Source: Convolutriloba macropyga
Taxonomy: Eukaryota
DNA length: 64,000 nt
Reading direction: 5' to 3'
NCBI RefSeq assembly: GCF_964194025.1
Contig: NC_134474.1
Location: 16,740,001 to 16,804,000, forward strand
Part shown: positions 13,801-24,888 of the stretch, one piece after another
How the letters are laid out: each line of letters begins with the position of its first letter
How positions within the stretch are numbered: position 1 is the stretch's first letter
Made by a program: the position numbers and the translations under genes
Notes under the pieces: model-generated
The model's database searches: none
Told to the model about the DNA's origin: nothing
The model's input: the letters and a program-made list of their open reading frames with translations, nothing else

Positions 13801-16050
13801 GATGCAGCAGTTCAAAGTTATTGAATCAATTATTTGGATTGTATTTCAGGACTTGTCCTGTCATGTTTATCGATCTTTATGGCTCAGTGAAACTATTTTA
13901 GGCTAGGAGTTGATAACAGGATAAATTGAAAGAACAAGACAGTGAAATGGTTCCAAATTTATTAATATCACAATTTTAGCAGCATTTTAATACAAGTTGC
14001 GAATGTTTTCAAATATTTTGACAAATTGTCTAAATTGTCTGAGATTATCAATAGATTAATGAGGCAGGCAAAAACTGGTTATGAACTTATTAATATTGCA
14101 AAATTTTTGCAATTTTCTGAAGTATTTGGCGTACTTCTCGAGTTTTTCTATATTTAGAGGTCAATTACCCCTTTTCAAGGCATTTGCGTGGGTAAATGGT
14201 ATACTTAGGTGGATGAAATTTGACTTTCAGCCTCAAGAAAAGCTTCAAGAGTAATGGCAATGATTATATTTTTTTAGTTTGTTTGATTGTTTTGTTTCTC
14301 CAATTACGGAACTGTTTGCCTTTTTTGGCTGCCGTCAATTGATCTGCGGGTCAGATGCAGCAGTTCAAAGTTATTGAATCAATTATTTGGATTGTATTTC
14401 AGGACTTGTCCTGTCATGTTTATCGATCTTTATGGCTCAGTGAAACTATTTTAGGCTAGGAGTTGATAACAGGATAAATTGAAAGAACAAGACAGTGAAA
14501 TGGTTCCAAATTTATTAATATCACAATTTTAGCAGCATTTTAATATAAGTTGCGAATGTTTTCAAATATTTTGACAAATTGTCTGAGATTATCAATAGAT
14601 TAATGAGGCAGGCAAAAACTGGTTATGAACTTATTAATATTGCAAAATTTTTGCAATTTTCTGAAGTATTTGGCGTACTTCTCGAGTTTTTCTATATTTA
14701 GAGGTCAATTACCCCTTTCCAAGGCTTTTGCGTGGGTAAATGGCATATTTACGTGGATGCAATTTGGCTTTCAGCCTCAAGAAAAGCTTCAAGAGTAATG
14801 GCAATGATTATATTTTTTTAGTTTGTTTGATTGTTTTGTTTCTCCAATTATGGAACTGTTCGCCTTTTTTGGCTGCCGTCAATTGATCTGCGGGTCAGAT
14901 GCAGCAGTTTAAAGTTATTGAATCAAATATTTGGATTGTATTTCAGGACTTGTCCTGTCATGTTTATCGATCTTTATGGCTCAGTGAAACTATTTTAGGC
15001 TAGGAGTTGATAACAGGATAAATTGAAAGAACAAGACAGTGAAATGTTTCCAAATTTATTAATATCACAATTTTAGCAGCATTTTAATATAAGTTGCGAA
15101 TGTTTTCAAATATTTTGACAAATTGTCTGAGATTATCAATAGATTAATGAGGCAGGCAAAAAATGGTTATGAACTTATTAATATTGCAAAATTTTTGCAA
15201 TTTTCTGAAGTATTTGGCGTACTTCTCGAGTTTTTCTATATTTAGAGGTCAATTACCCCTTTCCAAGGCTTTTGCGTGGGTAAATGGTATATTTACGTGG
15301 ATGAAATTTGACTTTCAGCCTCAAGAAAAGCTTCAAGAGTAAGGGCAATGATTATATTTTTTTAGTTTGTTTGATTGTTTTGTTTCTCCAATTATGGAAC
15401 TGTTTGCCTTTTTTGGCTGCCGTCAATAGATCTGCGGGTCAGATGCAGCAGTTCAAAGTTATTGAATCAATTTTTTGGATTGTATTTCAGGACTTGTCCT
15501 GTCATGTTTATCGATCTTTATGGCTCAGTGAAACTATTTTAGGCTAGGAGTTGATAACAGGATAAATTGAAAGAACAAGACAGTGAAATGGTTCCAAATT
15601 TATTAATATCACAATTTTAGCAGCATTTTAATATAAGTTGCGAATGTTTTCAAATATTTTGACAAATTGTCTGAGATTATCAATAGATGAATGAGGCAGG
15701 CAAAAACTGGTTATGAACTTATTAATATTGCAAAATTTTTACAATTTTCTGAAGTATTTGGCGTACTTCTCGAGTTTTTCTATATTTAGAGGTCAATTAC
15801 CCCTTTCCAAGGCTTTTGCGTGGGTAAATGGCATATTTACGTGGATGCAATTTGGCTTTCAGCCTCAAGAAAAGCTTCAAGAGTAATGACAATGATTATA
15901 TTTTTTTTAGTTTGTTTGATTGTTTTGTTTCTCCAATTATGGAACTGTTTGCCTTTTTTGGCTGCCGTCATTTGATCTGCGGGTCAGATGCAGCACTTCA
16001 AAGTTATTGAATCAATTATTTGGATTGTATTTCAGGACTTGTCCTGTCAT
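1806..16050. repeat. Satellite array of 26 head-to-tail monomers of ~544 or ~553 bp with dimeric higher-order structure
   Basis: The anchor GTTTATCGATCTTTATGGCTCAGTG recurs every 544-553 bp from 1806 to ~15506, and the last monomer ends at 16050. 15 short plus 11 long monomers account for ~14,245 bp. Monomers differ only by scattered SNPs. Confidence 0.97.
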
Positions 16051-16051
16051 G

Positions 16052-16322
16052 ATTTTTTGTAAGATGTTTTCACATTTTTCGAGACTTTGATCTTTGAAAA
16101 CGGGATAAACAGTTAACGTCCAGAGGTCATTGAGTTTCATTAGAGGCCCATAGCTGATTGCAGTTGTTCCTCAAGTATTTAGAGTAGTGACGCTGCTGAG
16201 AAGTCCTTAATTCAAAATTAAAATATCATTTTTAGGAGTTTTTGAGCCCGAAATTTTCCAATGTTTTTTTTTCGTCATTTCTCGAGTTTTTCTTTTGATC
16301 AGTCTTAAATTGACGTTTGTCA
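16052..16322 (+). repeat. Right copy of the diverged direct repeat (partner 600-880)
   Basis: See 600-880. Confidence 0.8.
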
Positions 16323-17199
16323 CTCATGTAACTCGAAAAGTCAACACGTTCACGCAAAAAAATAAGCATAACAGACACACAACAACAGTTCAACTTTGTT
16401 CGAGGACCGCAAACAAACACATCACAAACAAAAGACATGGACAAGGAACGAAGCAGCTGTTGCTCTACCATGCGTTAATGGACATCAATTTCAATCGAAA
16501 AAGTCAAAGGGAAATTGAAAGTACAATTTATCAGCTAAAAACTAGCATATTAATGATTTATAAGCCTTACGGCTGAAACTGAATTACCAGAAGCCGTTCA
16601 AAATATATCCTAGTCGACACATTCTGAGCCAACCAGACACTTCGAATAGCAAGATCTAAGCTATCATCAAGTAGCGATCGGCCAATAAAATCTGTCTTCG
16701 TAAAAAAATAGCACAGATTGCAAGCATAAGCCGCAAAATAGACCAACGAGATCCAGTAGCTAGCAAAATGACCTGCGACAAAAATGCGGTTGAAAATATG
16801 ACTCTGATTTCAAAGTTTCGAGGTTTAAAACTACGAATTTACAGTTTGAATTTAGATTTAATAACAACTGAGTACGAAAGTCACTTTATTAGTGAGCGTA
16901 TCAGTGAGCGTATAAGTCATGTATCAGTACTATTAACTATTATTAACTACACCACTAACCCAAAACCCTTTCCAGAAAGAAGTAACAAATCCCGTCTCTC
17001 ACACACAAACTCAGCGGCACAGTTGTAGAAATCACCAAGAAAAGTCACACTTTAGAAAAATCAGACTTCAGTGCACCTGATCAAATGGTGGCGCGTTACA
17101 TAAAAAAGCTACTCGAGCAATAAAAAGGAAACGAATTCAGTTGACTAAAAAGCGTACATTGAGTCCTTTTGTATACAAATATATATGAAAACGTACAAA

Positions 17200-18350
17200 A
17201 CATAGCGGTCAGATTGTCAAAATTAATATTTAGATTAAATCTTTTAGATGTTATATTTTAATTAGATTGTATAAATTAGGCGTTGCTTCTATTAGATGCC
17301 ATCAAATGACATTCAATTAGAATGACCCCCGCCCAATTTACTTTATCTCCTTCATTGAAGTAAACAAAAGGCTTTAAGAGTGAGGAAAATCACGGGAAAC
17401 CCAATGCTTATCAGGAAAATGATCAAAAAGCTCGCTCCGCTAAGAGTTTAAAAAGACATCTTACACGCAATTGCATAGATGAATGAAAAAAAGCAGATTT
17501 TACGAGAGCGTGACGTCATATCGACGTAATAAGAATCTTGACAAAATAAAAAAAGGAAGGCCAATAATACCTCGCTATCGCAATTATAAAAAATCAAAAC
17601 GTTTAAAGAGAAACAATCGCTCTACTCACTTCTAATCAAATTTCTAAAAAAGCTTGAGAGTTGGAAACACCAAGTCCATTTTACATCTCGTCAAGCGGTT
17701 TTCCAAAGCTATCGAAGCCAACAAGAAAGATATGTTTAAAAAATCAACAACTCGGTTGCGCCCATTCTGATATATCATTTTTAAATCCAAAATGATCTGT
17801 CTATCTGAAAATCCAGCAATTTTTTAAATTTTTGCACATTCTATAATAGAAATGATGCAAAAAGCAGCAATTCTCAGATTAATTGAAAGTCTTAGATTAA
17901 AAGACATTAAGATCTTCGCTTGAAAAAGAAACTTTTAAATGATATTGCGTTTTTTCTCCCGCAATCTGATATAAACAAAACATCCACTTTCTCAATGACG
18001 CATATTAAGCAATACAGGGGGAGCCTAAATGGGACTAAGAAGCTCAATAGTGGCCTTCAAATAACCACGTTAGAGATTAACATATACCACTTTTAAAATT
18101 TAAAAAGAAAAATGGCGCCAGTTTCGGCGCACTTTTCATTTTGACTTTTTGTATTAATTTTCAGCCAATTGAGTTCAGCTGCTTGAAATTGTGATTGAAA
18201 GCGAATTTTAGATCACGCGAAGCACAAAAAGTCAAGGGCGTAAAAGTCAATCGAAAAGTTCAAAAATTTTCAAGCGAAAATTCTGCCCGAATACACTTCA
18301 AATTCTTCGAATTCTGAATAACAGCAGTCGAGAGGCTGAGGGTGGCTATT
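17200..18350 (-). mobile_element. Decayed or composite HINE-like family 1 copy
   Basis: CATAGCGGTCAGATTG at ~17201, core similarity to 33241-33700, and terminal motifs at ~17560 and GAGAGGCTGAGGGTGGCTATT at 18330-18350. Confidence 0.5.
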
Positions 18351-18588
18351 AAGAATAATACAATAACCAAACTCATTGTGGCTATAAGCACATCAAAAGA
18401 TTTAAACACATCAAAGAATGAAAAAAAATGGTTCTCAACGGTTTTTATTGATTAAAAGGCGATAAAATAAAGATTAAAAATGAAGGCGCTCAGCTCAGGA
18501 ATTTACAAGAATCTTCACAATCGATTGGTGCATGGTGGATGTTACTAAAAAAATAAGAGCTATTTCTGAGAGAGATCGACCAATCACA

Positions 18589-18856
18589 ATTGAGTATTTC
18601 TAAACGTTTAAAATACGTTTTAACTCACGCAGAAGACTCGGAAAAAGTGCTGACATAATTTCAGTAAACCTATTATTTAATCAAATAAGGCGTATTTAGA
18701 CTTAATAATTTTTGGCTTTTTGCACGGTTTTAACAGAATGATGACCGACTTTGATCATAAGTATCAAAAAAGACTGATACCTGTTAAAAGAGCATTAAAA
18801 ACTTCGACGTCTAAAACCACTTGTTGCTATCTTCTTACCAATGCTAATACGTTGCT
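18589..18856 (+). repeat. Dispersed ~270 bp repeat, second copy at 48316-48586
   Basis: GAGTATTTCTAAACG...GCAGAAGACTCGGAAAAA...CTTACCAATGC.AATACGTTGCT is present at both loci. Confidence 0.85.
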
Positions 18857-19025
18857 TTATGGTGATATGATCATTACAGCTGTTAATTCGTGTTTGAAAG
18901 CTAACGTTGCTTTGGCCGAATGTAAACTTGTAGTTCCTATACTTACGCGTTGATATCAGACGAGTTAAACATTCCGAACTTCAGATTTTCTTTGAGTTTA
19001 TAGAGAATACTTCAAAATCACTCAC

Positions 19026-19258
19026 CTGAAAACGATGGCTTGGTATGTGACAGGATATAATACGAAACCCCTTCCTGGTTGAATGTACCCAGATCCTATG
19101 CTGGTCAAGTTATGCACAGACACTATAAATCCGTATTTTCCACTGCAAGTGCCTTCAACTTCACTGTACAGTTTCTTCCGCACTGTTTCGAGCAGCTTTG
19201 GGCCAAAATACCTCGGGTGCAATAGAATTTCATGCTCCAATGTCATCAAGTAAAACAT
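19026..19258 (-). CDS. POLR2G: RNA polymerase II subunit RPB7, coding exon 1 (remaining exon(s) not found in window)
   Basis: [22 protein letters not shown]...[12 protein letters not shown]...[19 protein letters not shown] is the conserved RPB7 N-terminal half. It ends at a phase-2 donor AG|GTGAGT at 19025. Confidence 0.95.
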
Positions 19259-19641
19259 TTTGAACCTCAAATTGACCTGAAATTGAACCTGAAGAAAGAC
19301 TCATCTCCGCGAACAGTCTAAAATATCTCTTCAGAGGTTTGATAATGCAGCACTGATAAGACAGCACGACTTCATCAAACAAAGTAGCGAGCATCGAATT
19401 CATTTCTTTTTACCAGATTGAATTAATTGCAACTAATTCAAGCAAACTGAGTAGTTCGAAATTACTGTCTTTTTTTGGGTAACTTGAGCTTGGAAAATCA
19501 GCATTTGCTAAAAAGATCAGAAAAAAACATTCAAAATCTTTACTAGATTAATTTACTGAAAACATCAACTAAATAAATTTATCAATTGTTTTGCGCATTA
19601 TATCAACAGAACACGACACATTTTCAGATCAAAAAGAAATC

Positions 19642-19890
19642 TCATTTGCTCTTTGAAGGAGTTTTGCTACTACTCCCACCAAAAGCAGCTTTAATCTTGG
19701 GGTATTTCTTCTCGCCTCCGCCTCCCTTGGGTTTAGTAGTAGTATGTGAATCGGCAACTCCTGTTTCGGCTGCTCTCGCGTGTTTGTTTTGTTCATCCTG
19801 GGCTAACGCGTGTCGTGTACTGATAACTTCACTTTCTATCTTCACTCTGTGATTGTACAAGTCTTCCAAGTGCGTCTTCGTCAATTCAAC
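19642..19890 (-). CDS. COPS7: COP9 signalosome subunit 7, exon 2 (C-terminus)
   Basis: Acceptor TTTTAAACAG at 19891, phase 0 with exon 1. VELTKTHLEDLYNHRVKIESEV resembles the CSN7 helical-bundle motif (..IESEV). The joined protein is 272 aa. Confidence 0.85.
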   Translation of the reverse strand, partial: VELTKTHLEDLYNHRVKIESEVISTRHALAQDEQNKHARAAETGVADSHTTTKPKGGGGEKKYPKIKAAFGGSSSKTPSKSK

Positions 19891-20545
19891 CTGTTTAAAA
19901 ATATCAATAAAAGAACAGAAATGATACCAATTGTGTTTCTAATGCCTTACAAAATGATGCTTAAAAAACTGAAAATCTCAGCCAACTTTCTAGAAACCGG
20001 CCCTTTAAAATGTAGCACAAATGTTTGGTCGGCAAATATTCTGAGCACACGTCAAACAAATATTACGTTCCAAAAAAATCGTGAAAAGGCGGTTTAAACG
20101 CTATCCAGCCTTCACGTATTTTTAGTACAAAGACAAATGTTTGAAATTAAAAGTTTGAAATGAATATGCTGAACCGAGAGTAAAAATATGCGCTTCTAAA
20201 TTAATTTATAAAGTTTTTTCATGAAAAATTCTTTTCGAAGAAAAGCCCTTAAAGATTTCAAAATCTCATCGAGATCTCAAAATTTATGTTTAATACTACA
20301 CAACGTACCTTTTAAAGGCTGATACTTAAAGATATTTGATTACCATTTTTATCATGAAAAAAAGTTTTTGAATGGTAACGATTTCTGAGCCAGATAAAAG
20401 CACTTATTTTTCTGAAAAATTTAAAAATTGAAAAGAAGGGCAATCGTGCCACTATAAGAATCAAATGCATTTCCAGCAAAGCAGGTTTTAGAAAGTTAGC
20501 GATCAGCTTGTTTCTATGAAATAAATTTAAACAAAATGTTTGAAC

Positions 20546-21115
20546 CTGCGATTCGACAGAGCCCAAAACAGACTGACAATTCTCAGACCACTTAGTCAAC
20601 ACATCAACCATATTCGTCATTTCCTCCTCTCCCTTTATGTCTCTCGAAACTGCCGACTGAACAAGCAGAATCCTATTCTTCTGGTCCATTTTACCCTTTA
20701 TAAGTCCATAGTAAATGGCATCAATTATCAAATCCTCTAATTCTCGAACGTTTGAAATTTTAAGCTCAGTAAAAAGCTGATCGTAGCTGATTGATTTTGT
20801 TTCATTCGCAAGGGATACTAATGTTAAACATTGAAGTTTACGGTAAGCTGCCGGTTCTAATTGCGGATGTTTGCTGGAATCGTAATCTGATAAACGTCCA
20901 TACGCGAAAACATTCAATAGTTGATATAAAGAAGCATGATTGCCGCTTTTCAGATCCACAATATTGGGCAACGATAGAATTTCCCCATAAACAAATATTT
21001 GGGGTGAGGTTAGAGCTTGTTTGATCATGGCGACCAGAGCTTCACCTTTGTGACTTTTGGACATGATCCGGAATCTTTCCAAATGAGGGTTGTTAAATGC
21101 AGTTTCGGCCGTCAT
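20546..21115 (-). CDS. COPS7: COP9 signalosome subunit 7, exon 1 (PCI domain)
   Basis: Motifs IFVYGEIL, LLNVFAYG, NVRELEDLIIDAIYYGLIKGKMDQKN, SRDI. 190 codons end at donor CAG|GTTCAA (20545). The ORF-track tail beyond ESQ is intronic. Confidence 0.93.
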
Positions 21116-21974
21116 TTCCTTCTGAAAATCAAAAATAAGATTCTTACCGTTTACTTCGTCAATCCATTGTCAATGCAGATAAACACTTCTTCTTTACTTT
21201 TTCAATTTCATTAAACAGCTCGAACAGAGTGAGCAGATATAAATACAAGGCTGCTCGGTAATGTGCGATCGCACATAAGGTTCCGACCCCGCTCATCCAC
21301 AATTTTGGCATAATCGTCTACCAAATGAGGAACAGATAGAAAAACACAAAAAATTCAAGTATTTTTCAAAAAAAACTGGTGTATGAACGAAAAGATAGCC
21401 TCCAAAGCAAATAACTCAGTGGAGTAAAAAATGATGCATTAGATTGATGAGATATGCCGATATTAAGAAAGCGAGCGAAGACGAACGGCAAAATCAAACA
21501 ACATCCAACATTAATTACATCAAAAAATTTATGTCCGTTTTAAAAATCAAAACTTAATAACAAAGTCAAAATAGCGTCAGATAAAACTGAAAATAAACAA
21601 AATACTTGTAATTCACCAGAAAAAATGGTTATTCACCAGTTCATAATAAAGCTTGGTAAGATTTAGACAAAAAAGAACAGAAACTTTAAAATTAGAAAAT
21701 TCGCTGTATTTTAAAAAAAAAACAATTAATTTCAAAGTAATGAAAACCATTAGGAATCAATTAAAATATCCCAGAGGTTTACAATTAACAATGCTTCTAT
21801 CGAAAGGAGTTAAAAACTCTTGGTATTCAATTGTTTATGCAGTTACAAAAAGAACAACAAATAGACAACAAACTAAAAATCAATAAAAACTTGCCAGAAA
21901 ATGCTTTGGAAGCCGTAAAGCCATACTTTGGCCCCCAAAATATGTTTGATTGCACCTTCGTCGAACACTGATAA

Positions 21975-22690
21975 TGTAGTATGTGACCGCTCATTAATGA
22001 AAATAAGCAACAATTAGACAAAATTTTGTAATACTTGTTTTTTTTCGAAAAAAAATTTATTTCCAAAACATGAAAGCCATTAATTATAAAATGAACAATT
22101 TGAATAGGTTCGTCCATTCTTCCAAAGGAAGCCCTTGAGACCTGCAATTATCCAGAAGATGTCTTACGTCTACAAAAAGAACGTCAAATATGACAAAAAT
22201 CAAATATTCATTTACTTTTTTTTGTGAAAAACCTGTGTTGAAGCCAGTAAAGTCATAACGAATTCTCTTAAAACATTAGATTTTATGACACCAATCCCTT
22301 TTGACACCTTCCCTTGAAATGTATTATGTGAGCTCTTATTAATGAAACTAGGTAACAAATAGACCAAAAAGAAAAAAGCAAGATTATGTAATTCTTATTT
22401 TTATCGAAAAAAATTTATTTCCAAAGACATGAAAGCCATTAATTATCAAATGAAAAATTTGAAGAGGTTCGTCCATTCTTCCACAGGAAGCCCTTGAGAC
22501 CTGCAATTATCCAGAACAAGGACCTGCAATTATCCTTACATCTACAAAAAGAACGTCAAATATGACAAAAATCAAAAATTAATTTACTTTTATTGTGAAA
22601 AACCCGAGTCGAAGCCAGTAAAGTCATAACGAATTCTTTAAAAACATTAGACTTTGTGACACCAATCCCTTTTGACACCTTCCCTTGACA
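21975..22690. repeat. Internal ~360 bp tandem repeat (2 close copies plus decayed neighbours), also at 25745-26460
   Basis: CATGAAAGCCATTAATTAT...GGAAGCCCTTGAGACCTGCAATTATCC...GACACCAATCCCTTTTGACACCTTCCCTTGA occurs twice per segment. Confidence 0.85.
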
Positions 22691-24318
22691 AACATAATGT
22701 CATCTTTAACCTTTGATTAACGAGACCGGGTAACAAACAGACAATAAAAGGAACAAAATTGCGAAGTTGAAATGTTTTTTTTTTCGTTGTTTTCGAAGTC
22801 ATGAAAGCCATTATCTATCTTCTAATATCAGAATATTGGCTGATCTACTCTTCCAGGAAAAGCCAATCAAACCGGGTCATTGTACAGGAAATTAAATACG
22901 ACTAAAAAAAACAAAGTAAAAACGACAGTTAAAGACAAAATTAAAAAATTCAATTAAATTCTTCGAGAAAGTATTGTCGAAGCGGTAAAGAACCACAATC
23001 TATATCTTTAAGGATTTAAATATTATCAATTGTGCGTTATTTTGAACGCCAAACATGTGATATATGAATCTAGTAGTATCAAAGCCAAAACACCATAACT
23101 TCAGGCGAAAAACCGCAATAAAGACTAAAATTGATTTCAGCAGAAAGAAGGAGCACTCTTTGATTGCTGACACTAAGCTACAAGTTGACCAAATTAAGAG
23201 AAAAATGAAGGCAGAGTTCAATAAGCCATTTTATATAAAAATCAAATATTTTGAAAGTCAAAACGACCAAAAGCTTTCAAGCAATCAACTAGATAAATTA
23301 ATTTCGATATAATTAGGAAGCCAATAGGACCTATCACTAGTGAGCTTTGATCTGAAATGTTCTGTTATTTAATTAATATAAAAAAGATCGATTTTTTAAA
23401 ATAAAATCCGACTGATGACAATCCGAATTATTTTTGGATTGTAACGGTCCAAGATTGGTACAGAACTAGGTCCTGCTAATGCTGATTGTCCATTAGGAAT
23501 GTTTAATTTTTGGAATGTCATTGATATAGATATTTTGTTAGTTAAAAAATCAAAAATAAATGCTGCGTTTTTGATAATCAACGAATAAAGTTAGCAAAAA
23601 ACGGCGAAGTTTTATTTACAGAGCACTCTCAACGGAAGTTGAAGTGGAATGAGCCCCCTTTTCAGTCTACAAAGATTGTGCAGTGGTGTTTGGTTGTGCA
23701 CTTCCTAAAATCGAAAAGCTCAGGTAACTTTCTAGAAACTGGTCCCTTAAAAAAGCAGAAACGTTTGGTCGGCAAAAATTCTGAGCACACGTCAAACAAA
23801 AATTACGTTCCAAAAAATTGCATCTCAAATCGTGAGAAAGCGACTTAAACGTCATCCAGCTTTCACGTTTTTCTAGTACAAACACAAATGTTTGAAATGA
23901 AAAGTTTGAAATGAATATGCTGAACCGAGAGTAAAAATATGCGCTTCTACATTAATTTATAATGTTTTTTCATGAAATCTTTTTTTCGAAGAAGCCCTTA
24001 TAAATTTCAAAATCTCAATATTTGCAAATTGAGATCTCAAAATTTATGTTTAATACTATACAACGTACCTTTTAAAGGCTGACACTTAAAGATATTTGAT
24101 TACCAGTTTTAAAGATATTTGATTACCATTTTTATCATGAAAAATTTTTTTAAATGTTAACGCTTTCTGAGCGAGCTAAAAACAGTTATTTTTCTGCAAA
24201 ATTGATACGGAGGGCAATCGTGTCACTATAGGAATCAAATAAATTTCCAGCAATGCAGGTTTTAGAAAGCTAGCGATCAGCTTGTTTCTATGAAATAAAT
24301 TTAACAAAATGTTTGAAC

Positions 24319-24888
24319 CTGCGATTCGACAGAGCCCAAAACAGACTGACAATTCTCAGACCACTTAGTCAACACATCAACCATATTCGTCATTTCCTAC
24401 TCTCCCTTTATGTCTCTCGAAACTGCCGACTGAACGAGCAGAATCCTATTCTTCTGGTCCATTTTACCCTTTATAAGTCCATAGTAAATGGCATCAATTA
24501 TCAAATCCTCTAATTCTCGAACGTTTGAAATTTTAAGCTCAGTAAAAAGCTGATCGTAGCTGATTGATTTTGTTTCATTAGCAAGGGACACTAATGTTAA
24601 ACATTGAAGTTTACGATAAGTTGCCGGTTCTAAGTGCGGATGTTTACTGGAATCGTAATCTGATAAACGTCCATACGCGAAAACATTCAATAGTTGATAT
24701 AAAGAAGCATGATTGCCGCTTTTCAGATCCACAAAATTGGGCAACGATAGAATTTCCCCATAAACAATAATTTGGGGTGAGGTTAGAGCTTGTTTGATCA
24801 TGGCGACCAGAGCTTCATCTTTGTGACTTTTGAACATAATCCGGAATCTTTCTAAATGAGGGTTAATAAATGCAGTTTCGGCCGTCAT
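24319..24888 (-). pseudogene. COPS7: Partial duplicate of COPS7 exon 1 with premature stop and no exon 2
   Basis: GAG>TAG at codon 164 (24397-24399), plus substitutions N8I, S19F, G24D, F41I, I52F, Q85H, A89T. The duplication ends inside the intron. Confidence 0.85.

Noticed and set aside
1806-16050. CRISPR array or tandem coding/RNA gene array
   Set aside because: There are no unique spacers. ORFs 7444, 15308 and 15828 arise from single-monomer SNPs. No recognisable 5S, snRNA or spliced-leader motif was seen by eye (an Rfam scan would settle this).
600-16322. LTR retrotransposon defined by the flanking direct repeats
   Set aside because: No TG...CA ends, PBS, PPT, TSD or gag/pol remnants were seen.
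19642-19884. Independent 80-aa gene
   Set aside because: It starts at TTG just after an acceptor and is COPS7 exon 2.
20312-20545. C-terminal 77 aa of the 267-aa ORF
   Set aside because: Intron read-through, with no CSN7 similarity and broken by indels in the duplicate.
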